This document shows, in pieces, positions 41,091 through 53,965 of a stretch of DNA of 64,000 bases (its first letter is position 1; each line of letters starts with the position of its first letter). Origin of the DNA: Octopus sinensis (Eukaryota). A program made the translations under genes and the position numbers. Location of the stretch: NCBI RefSeq assembly GCF_006345805.1, contig NC_043010.1, positions 54,498,001 to 54,562,000 of the forward strand, given 5' to 3'. A model generated the notes under the pieces. That model did no database searches, was not told where the DNA came from, and worked only from the letters and a program-made list of their open reading frames with translations.

Positions 41091-41397
41091 GTAACCATTA
41101 TTATTTCTTTCTTCCTTTCTCCTGTTTTGAATTTTATTTCCATTTGTTGCCGAATATCCTCCCCGAATACTAGGGCAAAGAAATTCACGTACACAGTAAC
41201 TGGCCTTAAAAATAAATACCTCAGGTTCTCCATTTACCAGATCAAGTGATGTTATAATGAAAAAGAATAGAAAAAGGAAAAATATTAGCATGGGTGCTAA
41301 TCATTTATGTAAAAATTGTTCAAGGCGATGCCGCAGAATGGCTGCGGTCTGATAATTGAAACAAGTAAAAGATAAGATACACACACACACACAAACA

Positions 41398-41438
<41 letters not shown>

Positions 41439-41454
41439 TATATATACATACATA

Positions 41455-41826
41455 CATATGGTTCCTTGTTTAGCCCCACTGCGTGGCACCTCGGGCAGTT
41501 GTCTTCAACTATAGCTCGGACCTTGTGAATTGATTTAGTAAGCAGAAACTGAAAGAAGACCGTTGTATATATGCATTTGTGCATGTATGTGTGTGAGTAT
41601 GCATGTGTGTGTATACGTGTGTGTATGCGCGCGCGCGTGCGCGCGTGTGTGTGTGTCTGTGTTTACGTTGCCGTAATTTATGAGCTCGAGCTCTGCAAAA
41701 GAGACTGATATAATAAGTACTAAGCATACAGAGAATAAGTCCTGGGGAGGGGAGCGATTTGCTCGACTAAAAGGCGGTGCTCCAGCATGGCTGTAGTCAA
41801 TTGACTGAGACAAGCAAAGTTATAAA
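41455..41826 (+). mobile_element. SINE family A
   Basis: Reverse-complement match to 28362-28740. Confidence 0.8.
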
Positions 41827-42373
41827 AGAAAAATAATGGTGTTTTTCACAATTAACTGGATATAAATCAAGGTGACTTACTTCACCATTCCATTCACCCC
41901 TGTGCAAATTGGTGTAGCAGGAAGAACGTCATGTTTTGGCTTGAAATTCACAGGAGAGCAGACAAATATTGGATATTTCGCATTTATTCAATTACATATA
42001 TCTTCTTATATAATCATACGACTCGTAAACACCTAGAGATTAACTCAACTAGCAACATACTGAACTGGGTATTTTCGTATGGTAAAATTCTCATCAATTC
42101 TAACCACACCCACACACGCGCGGACAAACATGAATATATATATGTGTTATCGTGTGCATTATATGTGCAAGGACAATCCGATATATAATGATACACGCAT
42201 GCATACATAAACACATACATACATATATACATACGTACATACGTACATAAATACATACGTACAATTGTACATGTATACAAACATATATATATATAAATGC
42301 ATAAATACATGTATATATATCAATACATTCAGGAATTTACGCGCAGACTGAAACACAGACACATATCTATCTA

Positions 42374-42505
<132 letters not shown>

Positions 42506-42556
42506 TATATATACATTTATATATACATACGTAGATAAATTGACCATTTACAGGAT

Positions 42557-42590
<34 letters not shown>

Positions 42591-43164
42591 TACATATACA
42601 TATATATATATACATGATTACATATACAAATATATATATATATATACATGTATATATATTCATGTATGCGTATATATATGTGCGTGTTTGTGTGTGTGTG
42701 TGTGTGTATGAAAAAACACACACATAAACGTGCGTGTTTAGGTTCAGTTCTATTCTACCTATCTCTGCCTAATACCCCAACGTAGCTATAAAAATAATAT
42801 CACTTCACTGAAGGTAATTTTAATATTTCATTACGTTTGATATGTTTCCCCCTTATCACTGTCAACACAGCACATTTCTGGAATACTAAATCGCATGGCA
42901 ATATCTCCAGTGTCGACATGACACTTTGATAGAGTTTGACAGATTGGATTTTATTATTAATAATATAGAAGGTAAACATGTATTATGTTTTGCAGTCAAC
43001 TAATATCCAGTATGGTATTATCCGTCTCATGTGTCTTATGGCAGAAATGTAGCAATTTGTTTCGTTATCCTTGGTAAATTTTTTTCAGGATTTTAAGTAG
43101 TATGTTTAGAAGAGAAGCGATTTAATGTCACCTGTGTCTCTCTCTTTCAACTTTTTTCTTTCTC

Positions 43165-43322
43165 TGCATGTGGTAAAAAACTTATTTCCCAACTATATAG
43201 TTGGGGTTTCAGTCCCATTGCGTGACAACCTACGCAAGGGTCTTCTCCTATAGCGTCGGGCCGACCCGAACCTTTTTGAGTGGATGTGGTAGACGGAAAC
43301 TGAAGAAACCCGCCGTATATAA

Positions 43323-43358
<36 letters not shown>

Positions 43359-43465
43359 CCTCCTTCTTTCTTTCGTTTCCTGAGTGTCCAATAACACTAT
43401 ACTTGTTCCACGTCCTCGCACTGTTGTGTTCTCTATTTGTTCATGTTTGGATTGACTATATATAT

Positions 43466-43506
<41 letters not shown>

Positions 43507-43712
43507 ATGTGTGTGTGTGTGTCTATGTTTGTCCCCCGAAATCGCTTGACAACCGATGCTGGTGAGTTTATATCCCCGTAACTTAGCAGTTCGGCAAAAG
43601 ACACCGATAGAATAAGTCCTAAGCTTCCGAAGAATAAGTCCTGCGGTCGAGTTGCTCGACTAAATTCGGTGCACCAGCATGGCCGCATTCATATGACGGA
43701 AACAATTAAAAG
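43165..43712 (+). mobile_element. SINE family A with a nested insertion in its internal (TA)n
   Basis: SINE blocks on both sides; 43350-43460 matches the element at 50298-50483. Confidence 0.8.
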
Positions 43713-44724
43713 AGTAAAAGAGAATGTTTTGTTGATTTATGAAGAATTGTATATTCCGTCGACACCTTTTCCTATATTTGTCTCCTTCCCTTTCAGGTTA
43801 CCTGTTTGACGATATTATCCGAAAAGTGAGGCAGCCAGAAAATGTTTGTGTTCAGTTACACCACCTCTCATTTGATAACATATCATTGCGGAATCAAGTC
43901 TATTGATGATGGTAGATGGCGTTGGTGATGGCGGTGAAGAAGTTACCTTATTAGTAATAATTTCTATGGGAGAATTATGATTTTTCGAATTGAAGTCTTT
44001 CGTTTTGCTTTCTGCTTTAATTATTTTTCGGGGATGTTGCTTCAATGAGACGGCAGAAATAACTGTCCTCAAATCAACGGACATAAAATATTTTGAAATC
44101 GCCATGATTATGATAGTGATAACGATAATGATGAATGGCGATGGCGACGATGATCACGTTCATCAGCATCAGCATCATTAACATCGTTTTCATCATTATC
44201 GTTCATCACTATCATTTTCACTATCATAATCATGGCGTTTTCAAAATATTTTATCTTCATTGATTAGATGAGAGTTTTTTGGGGTTTTTTTCTGTCGTCT
44301 CATTGAAACAACATTCCCGAAAAATATTAAAGCAGAAAGCACACAAATGTCTTTAATACCAAAAGCTTAATTCTAGCTTAGACATCATTACTAATAAGGT
44401 ACCCTTATCTTATGATTTGTGTTGAATGCCAGGGTATTTAATAAACAATACGCGTGTAATTTTAAGCAGGAATTTCCTTATCAGGTTTGAAAGACGCTTT
44501 GCAAGAATCGCTAATAAGATTCAAGTAAAAAAAATGCAACTAAAACCGAAAATAGGATTTGCAGTATTAAAGAGGCGTATTACGTCCTCCTTTTGTATGA
44601 TTGTATCAGTTAAATATCTAAATTCAATTGAAATGGGTACAAAGATGAGAATAAGGCATCGAAACTGATATTCTGAGAATCTTTACTTTGACATTCTACT
44701 TAGTGGAAATATCATGCGTTTGTA

Positions 44725-45218
44725 TTAGGTTGCCCGGAAAGTTCGTGCCGATTTATAGTAGCTTAAATTTCGAATTATTTTCGAACATGGTTGAGTCCGC
44801 AAAATAGGATTTGACTACATCTCTATTTAGAGCATAGTTTAAGCTATCTTTCCGTGAAAGAAGATTTATGTTCCTATAACCTGTGTTAATTCTGTAACCC
44901 TTTAAAATGAAAGATAAGATAGTTCATTTTCGACACATGATGCTTTGGGAACCGGACAAAAATTGCTGCAGCTCGGTTGGGATGTGTTACTCCACCCTCC
45001 ATATTCACCAGATATTGCTCCTTCGGATTTTCAATTATTCAGGTCTCGGCAGAATAGTCGTAATGGTAAAAATTTCAATTCCTTGGATGACGTAAAAAGA
45101 TACCTTGATGAATTCTTTGCCATGAGACCACCTCAATTCTGGGAAGAGGGTATTTGCTAGTTAAATGAAAGATGGAGACGCATTGTGCAAGAAAATGTTT
45201 CATATTTGGTTGATTATA
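44725..45218 (+). mobile_element. Internally deleted mariner transposon
   Basis: TA + ttaggttgcccggaaagttcgtgccgattt left end; MKDKIVHFRHMML joined to QKLLQLGWDVLLHPPYSPDIAPSDFQLFRS..FWEEGI (mariner YSPDLAPSD motif). Confidence 0.9.
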
Positions 45219-45711
45219 GATGTACGGACAAAGGGAAAAACGAATTTGACACCCTACTTTCCCTTAGATTTGATGAAAGTTGGTTAAGTGTAGAACAAAT
45301 GCCGTTGATTAAAGGCCTTACACAAACTATGAGAGCTGATAGTGTGTAAGATTTGGAAAACCTATACATTTAGTGCGTTGTTGTAATATTTGTCTCTGAT
45401 TTGGGAGGAACAATACCTCTAACAAACTATTCCCTTGGTCATTCCTATTTTACTCCTATTTTAAGGCCATGCTTTCAGAATTCTTTACATGGAGAAATGG
45501 ACTATATTTGACTGCAGCATTGTCTACAAATGAAAAGCTGCGAGGGTGCGTTCGTCAACATATCCAAAGTGAGATAGGTATACTCTCTATCGACAATTTG
45601 ATAACCTCTATATTCTCTGATGAGGCCGACACTCAGCTTAGAGAATTAGTCCACTTCAATTATAAAGAGAAAAGGGGATTGGATTTATAATTAAAAAAAT
45701 AATGAATGCGT

Positions 45712-45950
45712 GCTTTTAAGGCCTAGCCAGGCTCATGGGCCCGGTTTCTATGACGCATGTGTTCCCCATCTGGACGGGACGCCAGTCCATCGAATCGTTA
45801 CTCATTTTTGTCCAGCTGAGTGGACTGGAGCAACGTCAAATGCAGTGTTTTGCTCAAGAACACAACGCGTCACCCGGCCCAGGAATCGAAACCACAATCT
45901 TAAGATCATGATGCTGGAACCCTAACCACTAAGCCACGCGCCTCCACAGG
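45712..45950 (-). mobile_element. tRNA-derived SINE with CORE-like body and the same tail as the 53663/55815 SINEs
   Basis: Minus strand: gtggaggcgcgtggcttagtgg head, ttgagcaaaacact..ccagtccactcagctg body, cgtcccgtccagatgggga..ggcccatgagcctggc tail. Confidence 0.75.
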
Positions 45951-46665
45951 ACTACTTTTGTACAAGTAAAATTCCTTGCTGTTGCTGGAATCTATTTAGT
46001 AGAACTGTCGGTGATTTGCAGTAAGCTCGATAGATTTAGACACTTCACGGTAACAGTTACCACCTTTAAATCTGTAACAGTATTCCGTTCGCTTCTTAGT
46101 AAACACGCATTTTTCTATAGAACTTAATACGAATTTTATATTATAGAACAATAGCGAATAGAATTGATTTAAAATAAATAAATGTTTGTTAAAATTCTGT
46201 TTACTATTAATCGTAATCTCTGACATCGCAAACGTTTCTAACTTTATCGTCATCCGAAATTTCAAAGGACTTCCTGGAGCAGTCGAAACAATTGCGTAGC
46301 AGAAAGATATATAGACGCATTTAGATAGGTTTACATTCAAAGTTCAGGAAATTAGTAGCCTTTTGTCAAGTCAAAAATCTAACCATCACCATCATATGAA
46401 AATCACTATCTACTTCGATACCATCAATAATATTTCCGTAGGGTTCCTGCAATGTTTTTGATATTATTCATTTGAACAAAATTGCAGAGTAATAGGAAAG
46501 AATGTACAAAAATCTATATGTCCTCACAAACACACATATGTGCACGCAACGTCTTCACTATATTTCCATCTCTGCCCCTTACTTTTTATCTCAAATTCTC
46601 TCTTACTGCAATATGTGTCTGTGTATATCTGCGTGCGGATATGTATTTGTATAAATGTATGTACG

Positions 46666-46789
<124 letters not shown>

Positions 46790-46799
46790 ATTATATATG

Positions 46800-46843
<44 letters not shown>

Positions 46844-47637
46844 ATATACACATAAAAGTATACGTATTTATGTGTACGTGTTGTATGTACATGTATGTAT
46901 ATACATATACATTTAATAATAATAAAAAAACTTCATAGAATTCGTTGATATATCAAAGAGACACCGTATAAAAACATCAGAGAAAATTTTATCTCGCATA
47001 TGATAGTACGTCTGTCTATATGATGTGTATGCAAAGGAACATATATATTTATATATATATATATATGTGTGTGTTTATACGTGCGTGAATATGTATGTGT
47101 ATGTACACACACAAACAGTTACTCATACACACACCCACACCCACACAGACAGGCAAACAAACAAAGTTATATATATGTACATATGTTTATTTTAATATTG
47201 ATTTAAACTAAATTATTCTGTTTTGTGTATCTGACACTTCTTAAAAGGTCAAACAATTTTACCGCCAGAGAAGCGTCAGGTGTCATGAAGGTCAAAATTA
47301 CAATACGTAAGAGTAAATACTCAATGTTTTAAATATACCGGGTGCATTATTGAAATGCGGTTTTCCAAATGTGAACCCTGAGATTCTCACGTAGATTTTT
47401 CGACGCCAGTGTAAATCGCTCTGTTTCTTCTACAATTCTTCAGGTTTGAGCGGTGTTTATATTTTATGATATAAAATTAAAGTAAGAAAATGAAAATGCG
47501 AGGAAACGGAACGTAATGCAGGCTTATATTTGTCTGGTATTCTATTTAGAAATCAAAAAATCATTACAGGCAATAGTCAGCTCGGTGGCATTTGACAGCC
47601 TGAACGCAAAGCGACATCATACACACACACACACACA

Positions 47638-47669
<32 letters not shown>

Positions 47670-47688
47670 TACACACACACACACACAT

Positions 47689-47739
<51 letters not shown>

Positions 47740-47768
47740 AAAAAGGAGATGTGGAACACGAGTTGTGA

Positions 47769-48080
47769 TATATAAAAAGAGGAATGAAGAAAATGCTGGC
47801 AAAATAATTTAAGTAAGAGAGAGTGTATTAATTAGGTGAAAGTTCTTTTTACCGTTGCGCATTTGTTATGCTTATCAAAAGATATTTTAAGAGAGATAGA
47901 GTTCCTTTCTGATAGATTCTTTTCTCTTAAATCTATCAGAAAGGAACTCTATCTCTCTTTAAAAATATCTTTGATAAGCATAACAAATGCGCAACCGGTA
48001 AAAAGAACTTTCACCTATTAAATACACTCTCTCTTACTTAAATTATTTTGTCAGCATTTTCTTCATTTCCTTTATATATA
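47769..48080. repeat. Near-perfect ~310-bp palindrome (fold-back)
   Basis: Arms of ~145 bp around an 11-nt loop at 47919-47929. Confidence 0.93.
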
Positions 48081-48089
48081 TATATATAT

Positions 48090-48249
48090 ACTAGAGTAAG
48101 CACCTAAATGCGAAAAAAAGGTGGGTAAATAGTACTCGAATACCAGAGGTAGAGTAACATGCTTTATTAAAAAGCAGCAAAAATATCGCAAAAGCTGTTA
48201 CCCAGAGTTTCACGTTCCCGTTCATCGGACAGTTTTGTTTTTAGGAAAG

Positions 48250-48250
<1 letters not shown>
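48090..48250 (-). mobile_element. Short (TA)n-embedded element with hammerhead-like motif (48195-48232)
   Basis: ctgt-CCGATGA-ACG GGAA CGT-GAAAC-TCTGG-GTA-acag. Confidence 0.65.
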
Positions 48251-48319
<69 letters not shown>

Positions 48320-49589
48320 TATGCATGTATATATATAATATATTATATATATATATATATACCGATGCTATCTGTTCGTAATAGTCTCCATCGTGATATC
48401 GGTGGTCTCTGATACTGAAATGCTGATTTCTTCCCGAGAAATATCTCCGCTACGTGGCTGTTGTAACGAGTGCAGGCGACCACTGGACGTGGCAATGCCT
48501 GTTATGTAAGGTCTATGGAGCGAAGAGGAATATGCTGTTCCGCGACCCCGAAAGAAAATCTGCGGTTGTTCAGGCGGTGGTTCCGCGGTGAATTCGATAG
48601 ATTATAATGTATAAAGACGGTATATGTGCTCTCTACTTGTCCCATAATTACATGTTATTTAGCGGCCCTTGCTGATTAATGGACACAGATAAACAGATTA
48701 TGTTATTTGTTTATTAATACCAGAAACATAGGTACAAGTGGTAACTATTGAAAATGTTTTTTTTTCATCCTCTTCGAAATTGCTCTTATCCGTCGTTTGG
48801 ATTTTGACTGTTCTTTCTAGCATGTAAGTTGTCCTGTTTAAGGTCACCTCTTTTGTGTATGAGTATACACTAATTTTATTTGAAATATATACATATAAAT
48901 AAAAATAAATGACACATACATACGCACACACATACACACACACATATATTTATATCGTATATGCATGACTGTATATATGTGTATGACAGAATACACCTAT
49001 CTACACAAAACGTACGAAAGATATTTACTACCATATATCAATGCTGAAAAATAATACAACTGCATTCTGCGTTATAATACGCTTTGATCCCAATATTACC
49101 TCTAATAATCCAAAGAAGCATTACGAGAAAGTAAAAAATATCACAGGCAAATATTCTATTCTTTAGCCGACAGAGATTTTCTGCCGTGTGCATGTGTGCC
49201 TGTGTATATATAGCAAATAGTGTGTGCAAATACGTTTCTCTGTAGTGAACTTTTTGATGTATCTCATACCCATGTGAATATATCAGAATTTCTTTTTAAA
49301 TCTACCGGTATATACGTATTTGTGCCACGTAATATTATCATTTGTCACAATAAATACATTTCTCGTAGCTCTTAACGTATTGGGAGATGTTGGATTTGGA
49401 ATTTCATATCCAAAAACAGGAAAGGAAAACAATAAACTGAAGAATGTGCTTGTGTTCGTGTGCGCATGCGCATTTGTTCATGGATATATCCTCATTTATG
49501 TGATACATTGCTTTTCCGTCATATGAACTACACACACAAGAACACACACACACACTTATATGTATATATATATATGTGTATATATATTA

Positions 49590-49932
49590 GAATTTTTTGC
49601 GTAATGAGATAAAAAACTATGTGTAGATAAAACATTTATAGATAGGTCTTACAGCTGTTTCCAGGATATTTAATAATTATATCCATTCATCGGAGACAGT
49701 GTGAGAGGGTGGTTAAGTAATAGTTAATTTAGATAGGATACAAAATAGAGAGTAAGGTGGAGGAAAGAAAATAGATGTGAAATATGAAGGGATACTGAAG
49801 TTGTAGATCCAGTTTTAGGCAGAATGGTATATACGTAAGATTCCAATACTTTATGAGTGAGATCCAGCAGTATTTAAACTTGGTCATTCCAAGTACAGAA
49901 TTTATGCACAGTGTTGTTGTAGAGGCAAAGGT

Positions 49933-49935
<3 letters not shown>
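49590..49935 (-). mobile_element. PLE-like 3' end with hammerhead-like motif (49646-49697)
   Basis: gtct-CCGATGA-AT GGATAT..ATATCC TG-GAAAC-AGCT-GTA-agac; same layout as 25700 motif; upstream PSLN-like remnant. Confidence 0.65.
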
Positions 49936-49964
<29 letters not shown>

Positions 49965-50135
49965 TAAAATATTATTAGAGACAAAACCACATTTGCAAAA
50001 CAAACAGGAAAGACTTAATCAATACATAAAATTTAATAAATAGTCAATAAATAGACTATTTATTAAAATTTTATGTATTGATTAGTCTTTCCTTGTTGTT
50101 TGCAAAATAGTGGTTTTGTCTCTAATAATATTTTA
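49965..50135. repeat. ~170-bp palindrome next to (TA)n
   Basis: taaaatattattagagacaaaacc... vs ...ggttttgtctctaataatatttta; 8-nt loop. Confidence 0.9.
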
Positions 50136-50212
50136 TAAGATTACTATAAAATTGGATTAATCCTAAATCTGATTTTTTCCCTGTAATTTGGGATTTATTC
50201 CCTAATATTTAT

Positions 50213-50268
<56 letters not shown>

Positions 50269-50297
50269 ATATATATATATATATATACAATATATAT

Positions 50298-50483
50298 GGT
50301 TAAAGGAAACATGAAAACACAAAGAGAACACACAACGCGAGGACGTGGAACAAAATAGTATTATTGGACGCTCAGGAAGGAAGGGAAGAAGGAGGCTTTT
50401 ACGTTTCGAGCGGAGCTCTTCGTCAGAAACATAGGAAAAGGAAAGATCCAGAGAAGGGAAGACAGAGGAAAAAAAATCGCCAA
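50298..50483 (-). mobile_element. ~185-bp (TA)n-embedded element with canonical-core minimal hammerhead (50397-50429)
   Basis: ttt-CTGACGA-A-GAGC TCC GCTC-GAAAC-GTA-aaa; ACGT palindrome. Confidence 0.72.
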
Positions 50484-50976
50484 TATATATATGCATGCAC
50501 ATTTATGTATGTGTGCATATATGTGTGTATATGTATATGCATATGAGGCTATACATATATGCGGATATTTCATCGTAATTATACATACACACACACTACG
50601 TGTGAGCTGAATGCCCATATCAATTGAATTAGATTAAATATTAAAGCATACTCATGAATCACGTACATTCGTCCTCTTATTTCGTCAATATTCGCCTGTT
50701 TTAATGCTAAAATGAACATTTTCTAACGTTACATAAACAAGCAGACATTTATATTCAACGTAGAGTAGATGAAACCATGGCGACTGAAGAAAGGTTTTTT
50801 TCCTTGTGTTATTTGTCCTGTACTTCATATATTTTTTTTTGTTTAAGAAAAATGTCCTTTGGTTTGTGTCTATGTTTTTGTTTCTCATTGTGTTCGACGT
50901 TTATTTGGTGTCCTGTACTCATATATGCGTGTATATATACATGTAGAGGTAGGTACGTACATATATGTATATATAT

Positions 50977-51008
<32 letters not shown>

Positions 51009-52371
51009 GCATATGTTTTATTTATAAATATATTATATATATATAATATATATATATTCTAACGAGGTATCGTATATGCTTGCATATATAGTAACACATC
51101 CATGCATCTGTGTACAAACTTGTTTTTTTTATCGTTTGATTGCAAAGTTGCACAAGTGTGTTGCTTTGAAATATGATGTTTTGTCATTTGAACGCGAAAG
51201 CTCTAATTATTCCTGCATTGAAATTTTGAATCTCCCTAGCAAGGAATAATTAAGAGTTTATTGAACGCACACCCAGAATATAAAAAAAATTAAGAAATAA
51301 AGAATAACATACAAACGCATTAGTATATAATCGCTGTGCGATCGATTCGAATGTAAATTTGGTTGGTAGTTTAGTAATTTGTCTTTTTGTAATTTGCAGA
51401 CTTAGCGTTATTTTTAACTTAAATGTATCGCTATACTTACGTATTGGTAATTCGCTCCAGTAGCGTCGACAAACTCGTTCGAAAATCGTCTTCTAGTTCC
51501 ACAGTGCACAACGCTAGATATACTTAATTCTGCCGAACTCACATGGCTGGAAAGCGACGACTCTTTAAGCTACGGAGAAACGAATGACCCGAATGATATT
51601 GCCGTTTACACTAGGTTTTACTGTTTAAAACTATATCACCTTTTGAATACTACCATATACGCTAAAACGGGATCTAACGATAAGTTACACTTCATAAAAT
51701 AATGGTTATTTTTGGCCCGAAGAGTAGCTTGCAGTCTACCTCTCGTTTGGATAATTTACTACCTCTGAGGTTCCGTTACCTATGAAACGTATGTAGCCTG
51801 AATTTTATCTTTCCCACTGCTTCATTTTGGTATGTTTATTCGCATATACAACAAGCACTGTTGCTAACTGTGAACTATACAAATAACGCTTTTCAACTTA
51901 TCGTCCTTCGAAACGGGGAAAATTCTTAATCAGCTTCGCCAATAAACCACTATTGTTCCTGAAGATTGTTTTCTTATATCAGGAAGTTACTGAACTTGAA
52001 GGTCAGTAACTTTCTACACTTCATACACTTTCGTCCTGGGAATCTTACTTTTACATATCTATGTGTGCGTGTATCTGTGTTTGGGTGGGTGCGTGTGTGT
52101 ATGATTGTGTGTGCGCGCGTGCGTGTGTGTATGATTGTGTGTGTGTGCGCGTGCGTGAGTGCGTGCAAATGAGAGCGTGCTGAAAGGTTCTAGGCTTTAA
52201 TGGTATAGTGAAAGCCTAGCCTCCCGAGTTATTTTGCAGGGCATAGAAAAACTGATGGACCTCTGCAAACTGTGTGTGAATCTGACAGGGGGATATGTTG
52301 AATAAAATCATAACTGATCTTCCTGTATCTTCTTTTACTCAAAACCAGGAATTTTCAGCACCCTCATGTAT

Positions 52372-52394
<23 letters not shown>

Positions 52395-52448
<54 letters not shown>

Positions 52449-52449
52449 A

Positions 52450-52498
<49 letters not shown>

Positions 52499-52558
52499 CA
52501 GATAGACAGATTGATAGATAAATAGACAGACAGACAGATAGATAGATAGATAGATAGT

Positions 52559-52631
<73 letters not shown>

Positions 52632-52718
52632 GGATAGATAGATAGATAGATAGATAGACAGATTGATAGATAAATAGACAGACAGACAGATAGATAGATA
52701 GATAGATAGATAGATAGT

Positions 52719-52770
<52 letters not shown>

Positions 52771-52800
52771 GAGATAGATAGATAGACAGATAGATAGACG
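52395..52800. repeat. (GA)n + (GATA)n microsatellite
   Basis: Direct reading. Confidence 0.95.
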
Positions 52801-53662
52801 GACAGACTGACAGTTAACGAAATGGTTGAAATATTCGAATGAAGACGCAGACTAATCATAGGAAAGCTAGGTCAGAATATTTTCAAACTATTTCTATTAA
52901 TTAAATGTATAACTGTACAAAGTTTTGAGATTGTAAGATTACTTTCCTAAGCATGCTACGAAAGCTAATTATTGCATAAATTTTCTGCGCACAAGACAAC
53001 AAATGTTGACATATATTTATACCGAGCACAGATTTCCATTTCTGCCTACCACAATCTCAGTTATTTTCTTCACATTTTCTTTTTCCATTTGTCTTTTTTT
53101 TTACAATCAATACATTATATTTATTGTTTGTGACTTAGCGTAGGTTTTTATAATATATTTTTAATATAGTTTTGGGTTTTTTTGTTTTCCTGTAATCTGA
53201 TGTTATTAGTAATTCGTATAGCTATCGTGCTCCGACGTAGCTATTCCGTTTAAAACCGCCGAAGATTATTAAAATACGTTAATAAGATTTTGCATTGACA
53301 ATTAACAGAGACAGTTGTCATTAAATCAGATGGGCATATTCTTGAACGAGGCATGTGTGTGTGTATGTGGGGTACACAATTTAATTGAAGAATCGTTAAA
53401 CGAGTGCTTGTAAAATGACACAATAATATGACACGTTATCGAGGGAAAGGGAATTACGTAACAGGAAAATGCAAGGGAAAGGAAAATAAAGGCAATGGTA
53501 TAGAATTTAGAAACAGGAGATGAAGCAAAACACTGTCAGGGTGTAAAATAACGAATGTCAGGAAGAAAAAAAACACATTGTATGTGTGAAAAATAAAGTA
53601 AGTGAACAGGAAATATTTTGTAATTTAGAAATTGGAGACTTGTAATCTCCAACTATCTTAAT

Positions 53663-53965
53663 TCTGGTGGGCACATGGCCTAGTGGTTAGAGCAGCGGAC
53701 TCGCGGTCGAGGGATCGCGGGTTCGAATCTCAGACCGGGCGATGTGTGTGTGTGTTTATGAGCGAAACACCTGAGCTCCACGCGGCTCCGGCGGAAGGTA
53801 ATGGCGAACTTCTACTGACGCTTTCGCTACAACTTTCTCTCACTCTTTCCTCGTACATCTTGCAACTTACCTGCAACGGACAGGCGTCGCGTCCAGGTGG
53901 AGAACCTATAAGCCAAGCAAACTGGGAAATTGGCTCTTATGAACCAGGGATGGCTTGAGAAGGAA
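53663..53965 (+). mobile_element. tRNA-derived SINE (third 3' tail type) with 13-bp TSD
   Basis: Head gggcacatggcctagtggttagagcagcggactcgcgg; CAACTATCTTAAT at 53650-53662 and 53966-53978. Confidence 0.88.
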
